This document shows positions 1 to 7,562 of a stretch of DNA of 64,000 nucleotides, piece by piece; the first letter of the stretch is position 1; every line of letters starts with the position of its first letter. Under the pieces are notes generated by a model. That model ran no database searches, was not told the origin of the DNA, and was given only the letters and a program-made list of their open reading frames with translations. The stretch is from the IMG/VR virus record IMGVR_UViG_3300032287_001974, positions 21,633 to 85,632 of that record; one strand, given 5' to 3'. The DNA is from a virus. A program made the position numbers and the translations under genes.

Positions 1-2
1 CA

Positions 3-164
3 GGCGCTGGACAGACAAGCTTTGCAGTTACTGCTGGTGTGACTCTTAACGCTACCCCACAAGCAACCGCAAACACCGCAAAGCTTCGTGCCCAATGGTC
101 CTCAGTAACCCTACTCAAGCGTGACACAAATATTTGGGTTGCCATGGGCGATTTGACGTTCTAA
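3..164 (+). CDS. 3' end of a tail fibre-like/structural protein (partial)
   Basis: Open frame from the window edge (GAGQTSFAVTAGVTLNATP...KLRAQWSSVTLLKRDTNIWVAMGDLTF*); TAA overlaps the next ATG. Confidence 0.6.
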   Translation, partial: GAGQTSFAVTAGVTLNATPQATANTAKLRAQWSSVTLLKRDTNIWVAMGDLTF

Positions 165-700
165 TGGCTATAAGTGGCGGTATTGCCGCGGGAGCAGGGA
201 AAGAGCCTGACAGGCCTACGTCTGTGTCAGCCACGGCCGGTAATGCCTCAGCAACCGTCTCCTTTACAGCTTCCACCCATAAGGGCAAAGGAAACTCAAT
301 TGCTACGTATGTAGCTACCTCTTCCCCTACAGGAATAACTGGCACTAGCTCAACTTCACCAGTTACTGTTAACGCTCTGTCTAACGGTACTGCCTATACT
401 TTTACTGTTGTAGCCAATGCAACCTACGGGGCTTCAACTATAACTAGTGCGGCATCAGTTGCAAGCAACTCTGTTACCCCAGTAGCCCCAACTACCACTA
501 CTACCACTACTACCACGACAACTACAACCACCACAACCACCACAACCACTGCGGGAACTACCGCAGCCCCTAACTACAAACGTTGTACTTCTGCCCAAGT
601 TTCTGTGGGTTGTTGTACGAGCACAAGCTGCTGTGTCGTAGGTGGTGGCGGTGTTTCTTGTGCTACCCCATCTTGTGGTGGTACGCTAACTTGTTTCTAA
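164..700 (+). CDS. Fibronectin type III domain protein with a 20-Thr tract and Cys-rich C-terminus (probable virion/fibre protein)
   Basis: FnIII pattern PDRPTSVSATAGNASATVSFTA...LSNGTAYTFTVVANA; ATG164 coupled to upstream stop; poly-Thr 491-550; 8 Cys in tail. Confidence 0.75.
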   Translation: MAISGGIAAGAGKEPDRPTSVSATAGNASATVSFTASTHKGKGNSIATYVATSSPTGITGTSSTSPVTVNALSNGTAYTFTVVANATYGASTITSAASVASNSVTPVAPTTTTTTTTTTTTTTTTTTTTAGTTAAPNYKRCTSAQVSVGCCTSTSCCVVGGGGVSCATPSCGGTLTCF

Positions 701-717
701 GATGTTAGGATTTATAT

Positions 718-1107
718 ATGCTTACTGATGCTGATCTAGAGTTTGTGCACCAAGGCACTAATGGGGTTGCACTAGTTTGGGTTATTGACGAACAGTGCCT
801 CTATGATTTGCCGCTATCTGTAGAGCACGCGTTTATCTTTCAAGAAGCGGACGAGGTGCTGGACGTATCGGAAGACTACTCAGACCACGACGGCATTACA
901 GTGGAGTTCCGTAAAAATGGCGTGACCCTAGAAACCCTGCAGACAGGTGAGTACTTCGGCAGTATTTTGCTAAGTAACCCTTTGGTATTAGACCTGCATC
1001 AGTACCCTTACGGACTGTACGTAAGCTCCCCAGACGCACTATTCCAAAACGGTGAGTTTGTTATACTTGACCACGACGTAACAGGAGAGGACCCTTTCTA
1101 TGAGTAA
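718..1107 (+). CDS. Hypothetical acidic protein
   Basis: 129 aa ORF with AGGA RBS, tightly packed. Confidence 0.65.
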   Translation: MLTDADLEFVHQGTNGVALVWVIDEQCLYDLPLSVEHAFIFQEADEVLDVSEDYSDHDGITVEFRKNGVTLETLQTGEYFGSILLSNPLVLDLHQYPYGLYVSSPDALFQNGEFVILDHDVTGEDPFYE

Positions 1108-1330
1108 GAGTCGCTGGGAGCAGTACAAAGAAAAAAATGGCGTTACTCCTCTAGATTTGTTAAACCCTAAAACCATAAAAATTGATCTCACTGCCGCAAC
1201 CGCGCGAATGGATATCTGTAAAAGTTGTCCAGAACTTATAGGTCTTACCCACCAGTGCAAAAAGTGTGGGTGCTTCATGGACGTTAAAACTAAGCTAGAG
1301 GCGGCTAAATGCCCTCTCGGCAAGTGGTAG
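1100..1330 (+). CDS. Small Cys-rich protein (DUF6171-like)
   Basis: RMDICKSCPEL...QCKKCGCFMDVKTKL...CPLGKW pattern. Confidence 0.7.
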   Translation: MSKSRWEQYKEKNGVTPLDLLNPKTIKIDLTAATARMDICKSCPELIGLTHQCKKCGCFMDVKTKLEAAKCPLGKW

Positions 1331-2376
1331 CGACTACTCGCTGGGACGAGTATAAAAAGAAGCACGGCGTTACGTCGCCTCTTAAGTACCCAATTGCAAT
1401 GGCGCAGATTGACCCTAATGGGCTCTGCAACGTTGGCTGTTGGTTTTGCCCTGTAGGCTACGCGCCTAACCCCGAAGTAGGCAAAAAGAACATGCCCATA
1501 GAGGTTCTTGACAGCATCCTTAAGCAGCTACACGAGGGCAAAGGTAGTTTTGTTTCTCGCGGCTTTGATTTTATATACACCGCTCATTACAACGAGGTCC
1601 TGCTGTACAGGCACTTTGAAGAGATGTTGGCCCTCTTTCGAAAGTACGGGTTTAAAACAATGATCCTTACTAATGGGACCCCCCTTACCCCGGCTAAGAC
1701 AGACATCATAAAACAGTACCCTGATGTCGTATATGGTATTTGCTTTAATACTCCCTCAGCAAACCAAGAACGCTGGTCCAAGGCTGTAGGAATGAACGAA
1801 AAGATATTTGCCAAGCTTCTTTCTAATATTAGCTACGCTATCGAACAACTCCCTGAGATGTTTGAGACCAAGCGCCTATCGATCCAAGTAAACGGCCTCA
1901 ATAAAATGTCGTTGTTTGAGTATGGTGGTTGGATAGATAAACTACAGAACGCTCCAGAAATAGACCTAGACCCAGAAACGGGCTCCCTTGCTACAGAGGT
2001 TGCTGAATTTGAATCCCTATTCCCAGGCATGCAGGTGTACGGTATGCCAAGCCTTATTGATCGAGCAGGGCACCTAGACAAACATGGGGTTATAACTAAC
2101 GCTCGTGCTATTGAGTCCTACAGCAAGGGCGACAAGACTCGTGTAGTGGGCTGTGGCAACGGCAAGGAGGTCGGCGGTAGACCTAATGGGTGGCTGCACG
2201 TAAACGCTAATGGTGACGTATTTATCTGCTGTAACGATTATGACTTTGAAAGTACATTTGCTAACGTTGCAGATAAGCCTTTAAAGGATATCTGGCACGG
2301 CTCAGAGCACACCACTATGATACAGCAAGCCTACGACACTATATGTAGGACCTGCTCAGCTGCAATTTGGGAGTAA
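1324..2376 (+). CDS. Radical SAM protein with SPASM/twitch domain
   Basis: CNVGCWFC (CxxxCxxC), ILTNG motif, C-terminal NANGDVFICCND...CRTC; GTG1324 start preferred. Confidence 0.9.
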   Translation: MVATTRWDEYKKKHGVTSPLKYPIAMAQIDPNGLCNVGCWFCPVGYAPNPEVGKKNMPIEVLDSILKQLHEGKGSFVSRGFDFIYTAHYNEVLLYRHFEEMLALFRKYGFKTMILTNGTPLTPAKTDIIKQYPDVVYGICFNTPSANQERWSKAVGMNEKIFAKLLSNISYAIEQLPEMFETKRLSIQVNGLNKMSLFEYGGWIDKLQNAPEIDLDPETGSLATEVAEFESLFPGMQVYGMPSLIDRAGHLDKHGVITNARAIESYSKGDKTRVVGCGNGKEVGGRPNGWLHVNANGDVFICCNDYDFESTFANVADKPLKDIWHGSEHTTMIQQAYDTICRTCSAAIWE

Positions 2377-2377
2377 C

Positions 2378-3349
2378 GTGGCAAGCATATTTATTCAACT
2401 AGCTTCATACCACGACTATGAGCTCCCCGGCACTATCTTAAACGCGCTAGAGATGTCATCGGGTAATCACCAGATTAACTTTGGGGTTCACCACAACTAC
2501 TACGAAGTAGACGATATCTTGATTCCAAATATCTCTAACGTAAAGGCCACTATAAGCAAGGCCCCCCACAATCTAGGTATGGGCATTAGCAGAGAGATAG
2601 CGCATAACTTCTACTGCGGTGAAGACTACTATATGCAAGTAGATGCTCACACTAGGTTCAGAGAGAACTGGGACAATAACTACATAGTCGAGATTGATTA
2701 CTACAGGTCATTAGGGTTTGAGAAGCCGCTGCTGACAACCTATCCCAGAAACTACTGGTACACAGACGGCAAGATGGAGCACGATGAGGGCTGGGCAATC
2801 AGCTGCATTAGCTTTGAGGAAGATAAAGAACGGTTTGCAACCTTAAGGGTTCCTTCTCAAATGGCCTGGAGCAACCCCAAGGGAAACGTATTTAGTCGGT
2901 CCGTGTCGGGCGGCTCCATATTTACTGTAGGGCCCTTCTTTGTCCCCAACAGGCGCACACACTCAGTTGGTGAAGAGATTTTAATAGCTGCAAGGGCTTA
3001 TACCCACGGGTATGACTTGCTCGTACCGAGACAGAACCAGTTGTCTCACCTTTATTACGACCACACTAAGGCGGGCGTAAACGGGCGACGTTTGGTTTGG
3101 CAAGACTTTCCTGAGAAGTCAAGTGACTTTGAAAAAATAGGGCTTGAGGAGGTTCAGTCCATATTTAAAAACAATGTCATAGGCGACCAAGGGTTTGGTA
3201 CTGAACGAACTCTAGAAGAGTTTGAGGTGTTTGCTGGGTTGGATTTTGCCTCGGGAGCAGTAATTGCTAGGGAGGACGCCGGGGTTGAGACCAGACTCGC
3301 TGAGCTTTCTTGCCCAGTAGGGTTTTGGAACCCACTCTTGCGTCAATAG
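2378..3349 (+). CDS. GlcNAc-transferase family (GT60 / Skp1-GlcNAcT-like) glycosyltransferase
   Basis: SIFIQLASYHD, EDYYMQVDAHTRF (DxH), LTTYP, GEEILIAARAYTHGYDL, G(F)GTERTLEEFE motifs. Confidence 0.8.
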   Translation: MASIFIQLASYHDYELPGTILNALEMSSGNHQINFGVHHNYYEVDDILIPNISNVKATISKAPHNLGMGISREIAHNFYCGEDYYMQVDAHTRFRENWDNNYIVEIDYYRSLGFEKPLLTTYPRNYWYTDGKMEHDEGWAISCISFEEDKERFATLRVPSQMAWSNPKGNVFSRSVSGGSIFTVGPFFVPNRRTHSVGEEILIAARAYTHGYDLLVPRQNQLSHLYYDHTKAGVNGRRLVWQDFPEKSSDFEKIGLEEVQSIFKNNVIGDQGFGTERTLEEFEVFAGLDFASGAVIAREDAGVETRLAELSCPVGFWNPLLRQ

Positions 3350-3446
3350 CCCTGATTTTTTTGGCAATATGCGAGACACTATAAGTGATCAATAGACTTA
3401 CCTGGTAGCAGGTAGGAACAAAAAATACCCGACAAGGTACTAGGGT

Positions 3447-3477
3447 AAAGCCCCCAGCAGAGGTGACTGGGGGCTTT
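3447..3477 (+). terminator. Intrinsic terminator-like hairpin
   Basis: AAAGCCCCCAG / CTGGGGGCTTT inverted repeat. Confidence 0.6.
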
Positions 3478-3534
3478 ACTAATTAATTACCCGACAAAGA
3501 TAACAAAATACCAGTATACTAAAAAAAGGTAATC

Positions 3535-4125
3535 ATGAGAGCACATACACCTGGCGGTAGATTTGATGCGGACTTTGAGTCCGATCGTATCAGTGAGGGA
3601 ATCACTGAGGATTTAGCCAATCCCGCAGGTAACTCAGCGGACTGGTGGAAGTTCGACTCCGTGAACAACAAGGTAGACCCTATCTATGACGTAGAACCTA
3701 TCGGCACCGGAAGAACCTGGACCGGCCCGAGCGTTCTTCGAGTTATCCGCTCTACTATTACTGAGGGTTCTAACCCACTTAACCCACGTGGTTTCTACAA
3801 CACAGACACGTTGCACCTTACAGTCAACATTGATGACATGTACGATGTAAGTTCAGAGCTATTCTTTGATCGCTCTAAAATTAAACCGGCCCTTGACCTT
3901 GCAAACAAATACCGCGTTGTGTGGAAAGGGCAAGTTTACCGCCCAATCCGAACTCAACCAGCGGGCCTAGTGGCTACCCGCCACACCCTAATCGTTATTG
4001 ATCTTATACAGCTAGCTCCGGATGAGCTAGTCAATGACAGTCAGTTCCTTGACTACGCTGCACCTGGCGTAGTGGGAATAGGCTATGGTAATGCACCATT
4101 CGGAAACAACCCTTACGGAGATTAA
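3535..4125 (+). CDS. Putative head-tail connector/neck protein
   Basis: 196 aa, DPIYD...GFYNTDTLHL...RVVWKGQVYRP; lies upstream of tail genes. Confidence 0.5.
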   Translation: MRAHTPGGRFDADFESDRISEGITEDLANPAGNSADWWKFDSVNNKVDPIYDVEPIGTGRTWTGPSVLRVIRSTITEGSNPLNPRGFYNTDTLHLTVNIDDMYDVSSELFFDRSKIKPALDLANKYRVVWKGQVYRPIRTQPAGLVATRHTLIVIDLIQLAPDELVNDSQFLDYAAPGVVGIGYGNAPFGNNPYGD

Positions 4126-4347
4126 ATGCCAGTTCCAAATAAACCTGTAGTTGGAGAAACCAACTGGGGAGACAAACTTAATACTGCTCTGGACTACTTA
4201 GATAATAAAGTAGGTCCTTGGGTAGCCGTTCCTGCAACTGCTACTTCCACCGGCACTGCCGGTCAGATAGCCTATGCTTCTGGATTTTTGTACGTATGCG
4301 TTGCTACTAACACCTGGCGTAGAACCGCCCTAACCACCTGGAGTTAA
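4126..4347 (+). CDS. Small virion-associated protein
   Basis: PVVGETNWGDKLNTAL N-terminal motif plus GQIAY..FLYVCVATNTW fibre-type repeat. Confidence 0.55.
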   Translation: MPVPNKPVVGETNWGDKLNTALDYLDNKVGPWVAVPATATSTGTAGQIAYASGFLYVCVATNTWRRTALTTWS

Positions 4348-4350
4348 CCC

Positions 4351-4590
4351 ATGGCTAAAGTAAGAACTAAAGACGGCGTCGGGCACGTAGTCACTAAAAA
4401 GAAGTCTGACAAAGGTATTGGCAAGAAGGGCGACATTATTGTTGACCACACCGCCACCTCAAAAGGCAAGTACGACAAGATGAACTTGACCAAAGTAGCT
4501 AAGGCTAAAACTGTTAAAGAAGGCGTTGCTGGAACTCGTAAGTGGCACGCAGAGAACCCCCAGAAGAAAGCGAAGAAGAATGGCAAGTAA
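4351..4590 (+). CDS. Small Lys-rich hypothetical protein
   Basis: ORF track; part of coupled array. Confidence 0.65.
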   Translation: MAKVRTKDGVGHVVTKKKSDKGIGKKGDIIVDHTATSKGKYDKMNLTKVAKAKTVKEGVAGTRKWHAENPQKKAKKNGK

Positions 4591-4756
4591 GAAGCCGGTC
4601 TGGGAAAAGCCAGACCCTACTAAAAAAGACAAGCCGCTCAGCAAAGGCCAAAAGTCCTCTGCTAAAGCTAAGGCTAAGGCTGCTGGTCGTCCGTACCCTA
4701 ATTTGATTGATAACATGGCTGCTGCCAAGAAGGCGAAGAAGAAAAATGGCAAGTGA
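4580..4756 (+). CDS. Small Lys-rich hypothetical protein
   Basis: MASKKPVWEKP...AGRPYPNLIDNM; ATG4580 overlaps upstream gene end. Confidence 0.65.
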   Translation: MASKKPVWEKPDPTKKDKPLSKGQKSSAKAKAKAAGRPYPNLIDNMAAAKKAKKKNGK

Positions 4757-5063
4757 AGCTTGGCAGAAAAAATCTGGCAAAAATGCTAAAGGCGGCCTGA
4801 ATGAAAAAGGCCGCAAGTCTTATGAGAGGGCTAACCCTGGCTCAGACCTAAAAGCCCCAGTAAAGTCTGGCGACAACCCTCGCCGCGCTTCGTTCCTAGC
4901 TCGAATGGGTGGAAACCCAGGCCCAGAACGTAAGCCCAACGGAGACCCTACCCGCCTGTTGCTATCGCTACAGGCGTGGGGAGCATCATCCAAAGCTGAC
5001 GCTAAAAAGAAAGCAGCCGCCATGTCTAAGCGTCTCGACAACAAGAAGAAAGGCACTAAGTAA
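4746..5063 (+). CDS. Basic phage protein (DUF6321-like)
   Basis: AWQKKSGKNAKGGLNEKGRKSY...RRASFLARM motif. Confidence 0.65.
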   Translation: MASEAWQKKSGKNAKGGLNEKGRKSYERANPGSDLKAPVKSGDNPRRASFLARMGGNPGPERKPNGDPTRLLLSLQAWGASSKADAKKKAAAMSKRLDNKKKGTK

Positions 5064-5287
5064 TGCCACTAGCACCAAAGGGCTCTAAGAGCTCAATCAA
5101 CAAGCAGTCAAACGCTGCTCCTAAGTACGCACCAAACAACCCTGTAGACCGCCAAGCAAAGAAGGCGTTGTCCAAGGGATCTGTGGCTAAGGGTGGTACA
5201 ATTAAAGCTCCAGGCGAGATCATTGCCATGGCATCTGATAAGACGCGTAACAAAGCAAACGCCATCTCACAGAAAAGAAATAAGTAA
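5063..5287 (+). CDS. Small basic hypothetical protein
   Basis: TAATG coupling on both sides. Confidence 0.6.
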   Translation: MPLAPKGSKSSINKQSNAAPKYAPNNPVDRQAKKALSKGSVAKGGTIKAPGEIIAMASDKTRNKANAISQKRNK

Positions 5288-5352
5288 TGTCTGATTGCAA
5301 GTGCGGCAACTGCGGTTGCGGAAAGAAGGACCCTAATGGCCCTAGTTCATAA
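5287..5352 (+). CDS. 21-aa Cys-rich micro-ORF (MSDCKCGNCGCGKKDPNGPSS)
   Basis: ATG overlaps upstream TAA; fills the gap exactly; below the ORF-track size cutoff. Confidence 0.5.
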   Translation: MSDCKCGNCGCGKKDPNGPSS

Positions 5353-5632
5353 CTCATATACCCTAGCGGCAACAACGCCTACCGCTATTGCTACCATCCC
5401 GTTGAACAACCCTAGAACCTCAGTTGTTGTTACTAACGTGGACACCGCCTCGGTATACCTTGGCGATTCTTCTGTTTCTACAGGAGCTAACGTAGACCGC
5501 GGAATTAGGGTTGCTACCAACACCAACCAGGAAATCTGGCTAAATGGTGGCGAGACCCTATATGCCGTTTCTCTAGCCGGAACCGCAGCCTACGCAGTTG
5601 CAGTTCTATACTCAACCGTTATCCCAGCGTAA
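5336..5632 (+). CDS. Small beta-rich hypothetical (possible decoration protein)
   Basis: AAGGA RBS; VYLGDSSVS...GETLYAVS pattern. Confidence 0.6.
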   Translation: MALVHNSYTLAATTPTAIATIPLNNPRTSVVVTNVDTASVYLGDSSVSTGANVDRGIRVATNTNQEIWLNGGETLYAVSLAGTAAYAVAVLYSTVIPA

Positions 5633-5641
5633 GGAACGTAA

Positions 5642-5941
5642 ATGAATAAGAAACCAGCGTACGAAAAAGGCAAGTACACCGAGGCCAAGGACGAGAAGAA
5701 GGACGCGGCAATGCTTAAGAAACGCGGCCTAACCTCTAAGTCTGACAAGTCTGAGTGGAAGAAGAAAGACGACGCCCACGCCGCTAAGAAGAAGCCAAAG
5801 ACTATGGCTGAAGACAAGAAGATTGACGCCAAGATGATGAACTCTATGGCTGCCAAGAAGCACTCTGCTCATGAGAAGGCTGAAGGCAAAAAAGGCGAAA
5901 AACTCGAAAACAGGATGGAAAAGAAGCCAGGCCGTAAGTAA
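5642..5941 (+). CDS. Highly charged Lys-rich protein
   Basis: AAGGA RBS; EDKK/DAK repeats. Confidence 0.65.
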   Translation: MNKKPAYEKGKYTEAKDEKKDAAMLKKRGLTSKSDKSEWKKKDDAHAAKKKPKTMAEDKKIDAKMMNSMAAKKHSAHEKAEGKKGEKLENRMEKKPGRK

Positions 5942-5943
5942 CA

Positions 5944-6312
5944 ATGGCTAAAACCGACAAGGAACTTAGGCAGGTTAAGAAAGACTCTGCCACCTCTGCG
6001 CGCGTACTGCGCGTCAAGGTCCCTCAGCAACCTGGTTACAACGGCGTTGTTACCAAAAAAGAGGGTAAGAAGACGGTAAGCACTAACGCCGTAAGGGCTG
6101 TTAAGCGAACCGACGACCGCCTTGCGGACAACAGCGCTAAAGGCTTTGACCAGTCTCCTCGCGATAAGCAGTTATACAAGGCTATCGGCGCTGGTAGAAG
6201 TCAGCAGTTTAAGTCTGACTTGGAGCGCTCGCGGGTTGGAAAGCTAGAACGCGGGGTTGACATGCCAAGGAAAGGCATTGTAGGAGCACCCAAGGGCTCC
6301 GGCACAGTTTAA
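5944..6312 (+). CDS. Basic hypothetical protein
   Basis: ORF track; ends just before a terminator. Confidence 0.6.
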   Translation: MAKTDKELRQVKKDSATSARVLRVKVPQQPGYNGVVTKKEGKKTVSTNAVRAVKRTDDRLADNSAKGFDQSPRDKQLYKAIGAGRSQQFKSDLERSRVGKLERGVDMPRKGIVGAPKGSGTV

Positions 6313-6325
6313 ATATAAAAGGTTT

Positions 6326-6352
6326 AGCCCTGCGAAAGCGGGGCTTTTCTTT
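6326..6352 (+). terminator. Intrinsic terminator
   Basis: AGCCCTGC-GAAA-GCGGGGCT stem followed by T-run. Confidence 0.75.
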
Positions 6353-6425
6353 TATCCTGTAAGTGGCCCTATGCGGGGGCTGCACCAAACTTGCGCTGTA
6401 CCTTGCTTATTTAATGGAGACACTC

Positions 6426-6593
6426 ATGTCTAGCCTTGACAGAGACCAACACAGATCGGTCTCACAATTTTCCGAGATGGATTTCATCCGCGGAATGGCT
6501 GACAGCGCTACTAAGGGCCACGGCACAGCAAACTTGCTGGCGGGTCTAGCAATAGGGTTTCTAGTAAATAAAGCAGTACGGTGGTACAAGTAG
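6426..6593 (+). CDS. Small hypothetical protein with hydrophobic C-terminus
   Basis: GGAG RBS before ATG6426. Confidence 0.5.
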   Translation: MSSLDRDQHRSVSQFSEMDFIRGMADSATKGHGTANLLAGLAIGFLVNKAVRWYK

Positions 6594-6919
6594 TGGCGAC
6601 AACTTTTAAAGATACCGCAGCCAACTCACTTAAGACTCTCCAGTCATCTTTGACTAAGGAGATACAGTCTGACGCCCTATCTGCCGGGTGGCCTAAAATG
6701 TACGCTAACTCGCTAAGTGTTCGAATCGATAAATCAAACATTTATATCGATTACCCAGAACAGCTAGCTCAAGACATCGAGGACTTGGAGTACGGGTCTG
6801 AGTCTCAGCCGCCTAAGCCGATCTTGCGCCTATTCATAGACCGCCACTCAGAGGACTTTCAAAACATTTTTGCCGAGTCCTCGGTCAACTATCTATTTGA
6901 TTCGGGGGTACTTCCTTGA
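6593..6919 (+). CDS. Putative neck/tail completion protein
   Basis: DLEYG...PPKPILR motif typical of HK97 gp10-like neck proteins; position. Confidence 0.55.
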   Translation: MATTFKDTAANSLKTLQSSLTKEIQSDALSAGWPKMYANSLSVRIDKSNIYIDYPEQLAQDIEDLEYGSESQPPKPILRLFIDRHSEDFQNIFAESSVNYLFDSGVLP

Positions 6920-7527
6920 GTTTTCTATTTAGCGAAGATGAGGCCCTAAAGACTCGACTTAAGGGAATCATTGTTTACGACGAGAAGAACAACAACCGCG
7001 AAGTAGGCGTTTGGTTTGCTAACCCTGACATTGAACAGCGCGCCCAGTCTTACCCCTACATTACTGTTGAGCTAATTGACACTGTGTGGGCTAGCTACCG
7101 TCAGGCTTCTGGCTTGATTGTGGACAACGACGCCCAAGGAACAATTGCCCCAGTAGCTGGAAAGCTATACACCTACGAAGTACCGGTTGCTTGGGATTTA
7201 ACTTACCAAGTTACTACCTACGCCAGACACCCGCGACACGACCGCGCTATGCTGGCCCACCTGCTTAATAAGGTATTCCCGTCAAAGCGCGGGTACTTGC
7301 CTATTAAAAATGATCTGGGAACAGAAACGGGCTATCGCCACTTGTTCCTCGATGAATACACAAAGCGAGACACTATTGAGGATGGCCGTCGGCTATACCG
7401 CAACGTGTTCACTCTCACAGTTACAAGTGAGGGAGCTGCTCTGCTTCCAACGGATGCGCCGGAAGTTGAACAAGTACTCATTAACGACACTACACAAAAT
7501 ATCCCGACTGACCTACAACCTCTGTAA
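6916..7527 (+). CDS. Putative tail terminator protein
   Basis: YPYITVEL...LTYQVTTYARHP; immediately upstream of sheath. Confidence 0.6.
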   Translation: MSFLFSEDEALKTRLKGIIVYDEKNNNREVGVWFANPDIEQRAQSYPYITVELIDTVWASYRQASGLIVDNDAQGTIAPVAGKLYTYEVPVAWDLTYQVTTYARHPRHDRAMLAHLLNKVFPSKRGYLPIKNDLGTETGYRHLFLDEYTKRDTIEDGRRLYRNVFTLTVTSEGAALLPTDAPEVEQVLINDTTQNIPTDLQPL

Positions 7528-7562
7528 TATACCGCTACCTCTAACTATCAAGGAGAAAACTA

